The notes beneath the pieces are model-generated. The model worked only from the letters and a program-made list of their open reading frames with translations. It was not told the DNA's origin and ran no database searches. DNA of 64,000 nt from an uncultured delta proteobacterium. Its GTDB lineage: Bacteria > Myxococcota_A > Polyangia > Polyangiales > Polyangiaceae. A program made the position numbers and the translations under genes. Positions within the stretch are counted from its first letter, which is position 1. Each line of letters begins with the position of its first letter. The stretch lies in NCBI GenBank assembly GCA_963716725.1, contig CAVQUB010000012.1, positions 64,001-128,000 on the forward strand, read 5' to 3'. Shown here one piece after another: positions 56,825 through 64,000 of this stretch.

Positions 56825-59308
56825 TCACCCCGGGGTTGCCTCCAAGGCCCGCCGATACCGTTCTCGACGCAGCTGGTCCGAGAGGATCTCGTAGGCCTCG
56901 TCCAAGACCTCGAGGATCAGGTCGACGTCCTCCCGGAAGGTGGCCGTACTGGCGGTGAGGATCCGGCTCGGCTCGAACTCGAGGCGCAGATCGGAGTACG
57001 CGCGCTGCACGTCGTAGGTCGTCGCGGTCTTGGCCACACCGAGCAAGGCGAAGTAGTCCCCCTCTTCTACCAGGCACTTGCGCGCCTGGATCCGCGCGCG
57101 CAGCGCCAGTTCATCGAGCTCGTCGTACTGTCGCGGTGCCTCTGCTCGCGGCGACGGCGAGCTGAGCGCCGGTGACGAGATCTCGAGCACGCCGAGTTGC
57201 GTCAGCGCATACAGGACAGCGAGCAGATCGCTCGGAGCGCCTGCCCCCAGGACTTCGCCGAGCGCGGCTGCCTTGGAGCGCACCACCCACGCGGTCTCGT
57301 CGGCGGACAGCGCGCACTCGGTGAGCAGGGCGGGGTTCGGGCCATCCGCGAGCTGGGCGCGGGGGCCCCCGAGGCGCGACTCGGCCTCGCCGGGAGCGAC
57401 CACCCGGCGCACGATTTCGACGTACACCTCGGCGCCGGTGGCGCCCCCGAACACCGCAGGCTCCGCCTGCAATCGCGCAGGGACCTCGCGCTCGAGTCCG
57501 GCCGAGCCGGCGGTCATCTCGAGGGCGCGGGCTACGAGCCACTCCGCGTGGGCTCGGAGCACCGGCCACAGCTCGTCTTGGCGCAGGTGCCCATGGGCGA
57601 TGAGCGCTGCGCCGGCGTGTCGTCCGAAGGCTGCGAGCTTGTGTCCCAGTGACTTCTGTACTTCGGGCGAGAGCGTTCCGCGCTCGGTCAAGAACGCGAC
57701 CAATGACTCGCTGGCGATGCCGGAGGCCGCCGTGACGAAGTCGCCGTCGCGCAGCACGATGCGCCGGATCCCCGCGTCGGATTCGAAGGCGACCGCACCG
57801 GAGAAGCGCGAGCGAATCGCGCGGGCCAGGCCCCGGGCGCTGTCGCCGCGCCCCAGCGCTTGCGGGATCTCCAGGGGCGCCGTTGGTGCGGGCTCGAACG
57901 CGACAGAGGCAGGCGCGGGGACGTCGACTCGCGTCGAGCGGTCGAGTCGAAGCCCGTCGGGCGTTGGTGCGGGCGGCATCGGCGTCGGGCGGAACACTGC
58001 GGTGTGGGCGTCCGGATCACGCACGCTCATCGGTCGCACCTCGACGCTGGTCATCGCGCCAGGGGCGCTCGCCGAGGGCGGTGCCGGCGCGACGGGCTCG
58101 TGGGGACGCGAAGCGATGCCGAGAGGCGCCTTCGGAAATTCCTCCGCGTGCGACTCGATCACGAGCCCGGCGAAGTTCTCCCGCGCGGGGGGCGCGACCG
58201 TGGGACCCGGGACGGGAGCCGCGTCACTCGTGGGCGTCAGCAAGGGACCCAGCGCGCCGACGCCGGTGCGGCCCCCCGCTGTCCCCGAAGCAGTGAGCAT
58301 GCCCGTTCTCGCGCTGCCGCCCGAGCTCGAGCCGGAGCCCGTTCCCGCCTCGTCCTCGTCCTCGTCGTCGATGTCGAGAGGCTCGTCGAGGGCCGAGAGC
58401 ACGTCGGCCGGGAGTACTGCATCCACCTCGTCGTCGGGGGAGAGACGCAGGGATTCGGGCGGTCGCTGGGAGGCGCCCGTGCCGCCGATGCGTTGCTCGG
58501 CCCGGGCCAGGATGCTCTCGAGCTCGGGGCTGATCTCCGATCTGAACACCCGGCGCCCGGCGGCGCTGCCCGCGCCGTCCGGCTCCACGCCGAAGCCGAG
58601 GGGGATCGGGCGCGGCAAGATGGGCTCGGGTGCCGGCATCGAGCTGTGAAGCTCTGGTGGCACTGAAGCGTGCGCTGGTGGCAGCGAGCTCGGACCGGAG
58701 TCGGGCACGGGGGACGGCCGGGCTGGCGGCCGCGGCGGAGTCGTCGACGCGATGGCGCCGCTGGGTGACGCGGGCGGCGTCGGCGGAGGCGATGACGCAA
58801 GGTCCGAGGATCGCGGCGCGCGGCTCGAATCAGGCCCGCTGCGCGGCAGAGCAGCGGGGGGGCGACTCGACGGCCCCCCGCCGCGGCGTGAGGGATCGGG
58901 TGCGCAAGGCGGTCCGATCAACGCCTCGACTTTTCGCAAGAGTCCGAAGGTGTCCACGGGGCGGACGAAGAAGCCGCTCGACTCGTGGAAAACCTCGTCG
59001 CGAAGCTCGTCCAGCGATCGACTCGGCAGACCGAAGAACACCACGTCGACTTGGTTCGCGCCGGGCACCTCGCGCAGTCTTCGAACTTGCTCGAGTGCGG
59101 GGGTAGCGTCCACGTCGCACAAGATCAGCGCGGGCTTCTGGACCGAGACGCGTCCCACGAGCAGCGCGAGGGGCACTTCGACCACAGCGTACCCGCGGCT
59201 CCGAAGCGCGCTCATCAGCCTTTCGGCTTCAGCCGAAGCGTCGCTCATGAAGATGAGCTGATCGTCGCGCGGTGCGCCGGACCCACCGCCCGAGAATTCG
59301 GAACCCAC
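56825..59308 (-). CDS. Receiver-like / DUF4388-like / DnaJ-like multidomain protein
   Basis: Degenerate receiver, Pro-rich linker, FSG...LRDG segment, DYFALLGV...EAYEILSD J-like domain with HPD replaced by EPS. Confidence 0.75.
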   Translation of the reverse strand: MGSEFSGGGSGAPRDDQLIFMSDASAEAERLMSALRSRGYAVVEVPLALLVGRVSVQKPALILCDVDATPALEQVRRLREVPGANQVDVVFFGLPSRSLDELRDEVFHESSGFFVRPVDTFGLLRKVEALIGPPCAPDPSRRGGGPSSRPPAALPRSGPDSSRAPRSSDLASSPPPTPPASPSGAIASTTPPRPPARPSPVPDSGPSSLPPAHASVPPELHSSMPAPEPILPRPIPLGFGVEPDGAGSAAGRRVFRSEISPELESILARAEQRIGGTGASQRPPESLRLSPDDEVDAVLPADVLSALDEPLDIDDEDEDEAGTGSGSSSGGSARTGMLTASGTAGGRTGVGALGPLLTPTSDAAPVPGPTVAPPARENFAGLVIESHAEEFPKAPLGIASRPHEPVAPAPPSASAPGAMTSVEVRPMSVRDPDAHTAVFRPTPMPPAPTPDGLRLDRSTRVDVPAPASVAFEPAPTAPLEIPQALGRGDSARGLARAIRSRFSGAVAFESDAGIRRIVLRDGDFVTAASGIASESLVAFLTERGTLSPEVQKSLGHKLAAFGRHAGAALIAHGHLRQDELWPVLRAHAEWLVARALEMTAGSAGLEREVPARLQAEPAVFGGATGAEVYVEIVRRVVAPGEAESRLGGPRAQLADGPNPALLTECALSADETAWVVRSKAAALGEVLGAGAPSDLLAVLYALTQLGVLEISSPALSSPSPRAEAPRQYDELDELALRARIQARKCLVEEGDYFALLGVAKTATTYDVQRAYSDLRLEFEPSRILTASTATFREDVDLILEVLDEAYEILSDQLRRERYRRALEATPG

Positions 59309-59528
59309 GGTGCCAGCAGTCTACGTTAGAAGCGGGGCATGGCGCGATCTTCAGGCCCGGATCAGCGATCCGCCCACCTGTCCGACAGGGCGGCGCCGAG
59401 GGTGGCCCCAAAGCGCGGCCACCACCCCGCCGTCAGTACGGCGATGACCACGAATCCGACCACGAAGGCCTCACCCGACGTGAGCCCGAGCATGACCCAT
59501 CGATAACGCGCTACCCTGGTCCCCTGCA

Positions 59529-60077
59529 ATGCCCACGGTGGTCCACTACGTCGTCGGGCTTGGCTCGAATCTTGGCGATCGCCGGGGGCACCTGGTCCGT
59601 GGCGCCGCCCGGGTCGCGGAGCTGGGTCTGATCCTCGGCCGCTCGGCGATCTATGAGTCTCCCGCGTGGGGCGGGCCGGAACAGGGGCCCTTCCTCAATG
59701 CTGCCTTGTCCCTGGCGACGGGGCTGGAGCCCGAGGCGCTGCTCGAAGCCCTGCTCGAGATCGAGCGTGAGCTCGGCCGCGAGCGACGCGTCCGATGGGG
59801 GCCCCGCACGGTGGATCTGGACGTCCTGTGGGCCGACGGTCTCGCCTTCTCGTCCGCGGTTCTGCGGATCCCTCACGAGCGGCTCGCCGAGAGGACCTTC
59901 GCCCTCGGTCCGTTGCTCGACGTGGTCCCGGAGGCTCGTCCACCGGGCGGACCGGAGCCTTATGCAGTGGCGTTTCGTCGGCTGCGCCTGCCCCGGCTCG
60001 AGCGGGTTTTCGAGCCCGACGAGTGGTCCCAGCCCTCTGCTGAATCCGGCGTCGCGCCCCATCACGCACTGCGCTAG
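59529..60077 (+). CDS. folK: 2-amino-4-hydroxy-6-hydroxymethyldihydropteridine diphosphokinase
   Basis: GLGSNLGDR, FLNAA, RWGPRTVDLD, IPH..L.ER.F. Confidence 0.95.
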   Translation: MPTVVHYVVGLGSNLGDRRGHLVRGAARVAELGLILGRSAIYESPAWGGPEQGPFLNAALSLATGLEPEALLEALLEIERELGRERRVRWGPRTVDLDVLWADGLAFSSAVLRIPHERLAERTFALGPLLDVVPEARPPGGPEPYAVAFRRLRLPRLERVFEPDEWSQPSAESGVAPHHALR

Positions 60078-60216
60078 ACACGCCGGACGCGAGGTGGTAC
60101 GTCGCGCGCGCCGCCGGCGAGGAAGCCTGTGCGTGGCGCAAGCCCGCTCGGCCCCCCGACCGGTCCGGCGAACTCGGACTACCGAAAGCTCCCGAGCGCG
60201 TCTCGGGACTCGCCAG

Positions 60217-60699
60217 GTGACTACCGTGATCGACAATCCCATGCTCGGCGCCGCGATGAGCGGGGGGATCAGCATCGACTTCGACAAGACCTTCGTCTTG
60301 CAGATGGGCATCTTCGCGCTGCTCATCATCGTCCTCAAGCCACTGCTTTTCGACCCCATCCTCCGGGTCTTCGAGGAGCGCGAGAAGCGCACGGACGGCG
60401 CCCGCGCCGACGCTCGGGCCATGCAAGAAGAGGCCGGGCAGCTGCTCCGACGCTACGAGTCGGAGCTCGAGCGGGTGCACCGTGTGGCCGCCGAAGAGCG
60501 AGATCACCTCCGCGCCGAGACCACCAAGCTGGAGGCCAGCATTCTCGGAGAGGCCCGCGCGGTGTCGACCCGAGTCGTGGAGGAGGGCCGGAAGAAGATC
60601 GAGACCGAGGTGAATTCGATTCGCTTCGACCTGGGGCGGCAGACTGAACAGCTTTCGCGCGACGTTGCGTCGCGTGTGCTCGGACGGGAGGTGCGCTGA
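60217..60699 (+). CDS. atpF: ATP synthase F0 subunit b'
   Basis: TM plus LLFDPILRVFEERE coiled coil; first of two b genes; start uncertain. Confidence 0.85.
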   Translation: MTTVIDNPMLGAAMSGGISIDFDKTFVLQMGIFALLIIVLKPLLFDPILRVFEEREKRTDGARADARAMQEEAGQLLRRYESELERVHRVAAEERDHLRAETTKLEASILGEARAVSTRVVEEGRKKIETEVNSIRFDLGRQTEQLSRDVASRVLGREVR

Positions 60700-61442
60700 T
60701 GAGCCGCCGACACCTGATCGCGTCCGCGCTGCTCGCGGCGCTCACCCTGCTCTTCAGCCAGCTGGCCTGGGCCGAGAAGTCAGCGCCGCACGGCGGACCG
60801 GCCGCGGCCCACGGGGCGGCGGCGGAGGGCGGTCAGGGCGAGAGCCACGGCGCCGACCACGGCCCGGCGCCGATCAACTGGTATTACGGGATGCTGCTCG
60901 AGACCGACACCCAAGAGCCGAACCTCCTGTTCCGGCCCAAAGGCATGCAGCCGCCGCTCGGGGCGATGATCCTGAACGCCGGGATCCTCTTCTTCGTCAT
61001 GTATCGTTTCGGACGCCGGCCGTTGGCCGAGGCGGTCAAGAAGCGCAAGGCGTCGATCATGCATGGCATGGACGAAGCCGGTCGCATGCGGGACGAAGCC
61101 GAGGACCGCCTCGCCGGGTACGAAGAGAAGCTCGAGTCCATCGACGAAGAGGTCGAGCGGCTGAAGCGCGAAATGCGCGCAGCCGGCGAGGCCGAGCGGG
61201 CCCGCATCCTCGCCGAGGCGAAGGAGCGCAGCCAGCGCATGGAGCGCGAAGCGCTGATCTTGATCGAGCAAGAGCTCAAAGCCGCGCGCCAAGCCCTGGT
61301 CAGCGAAGCCGTCGAGGGCGCGGTCAAGAGCGCTGCGGCGCATTTGGCCAAGGAGATCGGCGCCGCCGATCACGCCCGCATGGCGGACGAATATCTCGCG
61401 GCGCTCGATCAGGCCGTCATCACCAAGGGAGGTCAGGCGTGA
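60699..61442 (+). CDS. atpF: ATP synthase F0 subunit b with N-terminal extension
   Basis: Signal-like N-terminus, His-rich segment, TM, long coiled coil. Confidence 0.85.
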   Translation: MSRRHLIASALLAALTLLFSQLAWAEKSAPHGGPAAAHGAAAEGGQGESHGADHGPAPINWYYGMLLETDTQEPNLLFRPKGMQPPLGAMILNAGILFFVMYRFGRRPLAEAVKKRKASIMHGMDEAGRMRDEAEDRLAGYEEKLESIDEEVERLKREMRAAGEAERARILAEAKERSQRMEREALILIEQELKAARQALVSEAVEGAVKSAAAHLAKEIGAADHARMADEYLAALDQAVITKGGQA

Positions 61443-61987
61443 TCAGTTCTGCCATCGTCGAGCGCTACGCCCGAGCGATCTTCGAGCTCGGCGTCGAGTC
61501 GGGCCAGCTCGAACACCTCAGCGCGCAGTTGCGCGATCTCTCGGCGCTCTTCGCCACCAGTCGCGAGCTGCGAATGGTGGGAGAGAACCCCCTGATCCCC
61601 GACGATCAGCGCGACGCGGTGCTCAAGGAGCTCGGCGGCCGCCTTGGCGTCGGCGACCTCGCTCTCAATACGGTCCGCCTCCTGGCACGCCGGCGTCGAC
61701 TCTCCGCCCTGCCGGACATCGCCAAGCGGCTCGGCGGTCTGGCCGACGAGAAGGCCGGCGTCGTGCGCGCCAAGGTCGTGAGCGCCGCGCCGCTTTCCGA
61801 GGACTTCTACACGAAGCTCGCGCAAAAGCTCGAAGCCAAGACCCGCATGAAGGTCGTCATCGAGCGCGAGCAGGACCCGAGCCTGATCGCGGGTGTCGTG
61901 ACCAAGATTGGCGACAACACCATCGACGGCAGCCTGAGGGGGCGACTGTCGGCCATGGAGCGCAACTTGCTCCAAGCTCGCGTTTGA
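61439..61987 (+). CDS. atpH: ATP synthase F1 delta subunit
   Basis: RYARAIF, SAAPL, DPSLIAG, IDGSLRGRL. Confidence 0.93.
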   Translation: MISSAIVERYARAIFELGVESGQLEHLSAQLRDLSALFATSRELRMVGENPLIPDDQRDAVLKELGGRLGVGDLALNTVRLLARRRRLSALPDIAKRLGGLADEKAGVVRAKVVSAAPLSEDFYTKLAQKLEAKTRMKVVIEREQDPSLIAGVVTKIGDNTIDGSLRGRLSAMERNLLQARV

Positions 61988-62044
61988 TTTTCTCTCTCTT
62001 GCTCAACTCAGCGACCTGAACGGTCCTTGCCCTGCGATAGAACC

Positions 62045-63727
62045 ATGCAGCTCAGCGCCGACGAAATCAGTCAGATCATCAAGAAGCAGATCCAGAACTT
62101 CGATCGCGCTGCCGTGGTCACCGAGACCGGTACCGTGCTCACCAGCGGTGACGGTATCGCACGCGTCTACGGTCTCGAGGGCGCCATGTCCGGCGAGCTC
62201 GTCGAGTTCCCGGGAGGCATCTTCGGGCTCGTGCTGAACCTGGAAGCAGACAACGTCGGCATCGCGGTGCTCGGCGACGCCACCGCGGTGAAAGAGGGCG
62301 ACATCGTCAAGCGCACCGGGCGCATCGCCGAGATCCCCGTGGGCGAAGCGGTGGTGGGCCGCGTGGTCAACGCGCTGGGCCAACCCATCGACGGCAAGGG
62401 CGCCATCGAGAGCAAGGAGCGACGCCGCATCGAGGTGAAAGCTCCTGGCATCATCGGCCGTCAGCCCGTGCGCGAGCCGTTGCAGACGGGCCTCAAGGCC
62501 ATCGACGCGATGATCCCCATCGGTCGCGGACAGCGCGAGCTCATCATCGGCGACCGGCAGACGGGAAAGACCGCCATCGCCATCGACACCATCATCAACC
62601 AAAAGGGCAAAGACGTCTTCTGCGTCTACGTCGCCATTGGTCAGAAGGCCTCGACCGTCGCCCAGGTGGTGGACAAGCTGAAGGCCCACGGGGCCATGGA
62701 ATACACCACCGTGGTCGTGGCCACGGCGATGGAGACGGCCCCCCTGCAGTTCCTCGCGCCCTACACCGGCGTCAGCATCGGCGAGTACTTCCGCGACACG
62801 GGTCGCCACGCGCTCTGCATCTACGACGACCTCTCCAAGCAGGCCGTTGCCTACCGCCAGATGTCGCTGCTCCTGCGCCGGCCGCCGGGTCGCGAGGCGT
62901 ACCCCGGAGACGTGTTCTACATCCACTCGCGCTTGCTCGAGCGAGCCGCCAAGATGGGACACCGCTGGTTCGTCGTGAAGAAGGGCCAGAGCGTACCGCC
63001 CGGCGATTGGAGCTTCCGTGGCGTGGACGGCAGGACGCACCTCGGCGAAGAGGGCAAGCACGAAGCCGAGAAGTCCCTCGAAGCGCAGGCCAACAAGGGC
63101 GAGCTCGAACTCGCTCACGATCCGCACTCGGGTGGCTCGCTCACGGCGCTGCCGATCATCGAGACTCAGGCGGGCGACGTCTCCGCGTACATCCCGACCA
63201 ACGTGATCTCGATCACGGACGGTCAGATCTTCCTCGAAGGTGACTTGTTCTACTCCGGCGTTCGACCGGCCATCAACGTCGGCATCAGCGTGAGCCGCGT
63301 GGGCGGCAACGCGCAGATCAAGGCGATGAAGAAGATCGCCGGCACCCTGCGCCTCGACCTCGCTCAGTACCGAGAGATGGCTGCCTTCGCGCAGTTCGCC
63401 AGCGATCTCGACGCTTCGACCCGGGCTCAGCTCGAGCGCGGGCAGCGCCTCACCGAGCTGCTCAAGCAGGGGCAGTACGTGCCCTTGCCCGTCGAGAAGC
63501 AGGTGTTGATCATCTACGCGGGCACCAACGGCTTCGTAGACAAGCTGCCCGTGGCCTCCCTGAAGTCGTTCGAGCAGGAGCTGTATCGGCACGTGGACGA
63601 AAAGCATCCAGACCTCTGGACCGACATCCGCGAGAAGCGCGAGATCACCGACGAGGTCAAGAAGAAGCTCGACAAGGTGCTCAAGAAGTTCGTCAAGGGA
63701 TTCGTCGCCAGCTCCGACGCCGAGTGA
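62045..63727 (+). CDS. atpA: ATP synthase F1 alpha subunit
   Basis: [36 protein letters not shown]. Confidence 0.98.
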   Translation: MQLSADEISQIIKKQIQNFDRAAVVTETGTVLTSGDGIARVYGLEGAMSGELVEFPGGIFGLVLNLEADNVGIAVLGDATAVKEGDIVKRTGRIAEIPVGEAVVGRVVNALGQPIDGKGAIESKERRRIEVKAPGIIGRQPVREPLQTGLKAIDAMIPIGRGQRELIIGDRQTGKTAIAIDTIINQKGKDVFCVYVAIGQKASTVAQVVDKLKAHGAMEYTTVVVATAMETAPLQFLAPYTGVSIGEYFRDTGRHALCIYDDLSKQAVAYRQMSLLLRRPPGREAYPGDVFYIHSRLLERAAKMGHRWFVVKKGQSVPPGDWSFRGVDGRTHLGEEGKHEAEKSLEAQANKGELELAHDPHSGGSLTALPIIETQAGDVSAYIPTNVISITDGQIFLEGDLFYSGVRPAINVGISVSRVGGNAQIKAMKKIAGTLRLDLAQYREMAAFAQFASDLDASTRAQLERGQRLTELLKQGQYVPLPVEKQVLIIYAGTNGFVDKLPVASLKSFEQELYRHVDEKHPDLWTDIREKREITDEVKKKLDKVLKKFVKGFVASSDAE

Positions 63728-63733
63728 CGTCCG

Positions 63734-64000
63734 ATGGCCAACCTAAAAGCCATTCGCAAGCGCATCGTCTCCGTCAAGAGCACGCAGAAGATCACGCGCG
63801 CCATGAAGATGGTGGCTGGCGCGCGGCTGAACCGCGCCCAACAGCGCATCCTGTCGCTTCGCCCCTACGCGGTGAAGACCGGGCACGTGCTCGCGGAAGT
63901 GACCGCGGCGGCTAGCCGTCGACTGGACGAGGGCGGCGGCGGCATCGACGCCGAGCATCCCCTGCTGGCGCGCCGCGCTGAGAACAGCGTGCTGCTCCTG
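63734..64000 (+). CDS. atpG: ATP synthase F1 gamma subunit (partial, runs off the window)
   Basis: MANLKAIRKRIVSVKSTQKITRAMKMVAGARL. Confidence 0.95.
   Translation, partial: MANLKAIRKRIVSVKSTQKITRAMKMVAGARLNRAQQRILSLRPYAVKTGHVLAEVTAAASRRLDEGGGGIDAEHPLLARRAENSVLLL

Noticed and set aside
62957..63127. Intein in AtpA
   Set aside because: Too short, and lacks the N-terminal Cys/Ser and C-terminal His-Asn
60217..64000. ATP synthase operon lacking atpB/atpE and having two b subunits
   Set aside because: A split operon with b/b' is a known arrangement in this group

Overview
High-GC window from a myxobacterium (Myxococcota, Polyangiaceae-like, inferred from MYXO-CTERM sorting signals, AgmX/PglI-type domains, many Gly/Cys-rich lipoproteins and an atpF'-F-H-A-G operon). 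The backbone has an L,D-transpeptidase, an ECF sigma/anti-sigma pair, an OPT transporter, a membrane adenylate cyclase, a ClpA/C ATPase, a DevBCA-like ABC exporter, folK and the ATP synthase operon. Two accessory hotspots (about 1-6.9 kb and 33-39 kb) are patchworks of IS and nuclease gene fragments, toxin-antitoxin pairs and lipoprotein cargo. Main finding: in both hotspots the 3' end of the neighbouring core gene is duplicated (212 bp; 208 and 81 bp), and each displaced copy is followed by the same short motif (T(CT)TCCTGCCCCAACTCGCCGCCGC; 21/21 identical at two sites 35 kb apart). This suggests an uncharacterised cassette-accretion mechanism. Other highlights: a hidden ArsC-family selenoprotein (in-frame UGA in UxxC, with a SECIS-like hairpin); a B12 radical SAM enzyme fused to an internal lipoprotein with repeated EM(A/V) motifs; an IS630-like shell carrying an IR-flanked GxxExxY gene; and a ~50-aa insertion in AtpA. 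All family assignments come from motif recognition by eye. No database search was run.
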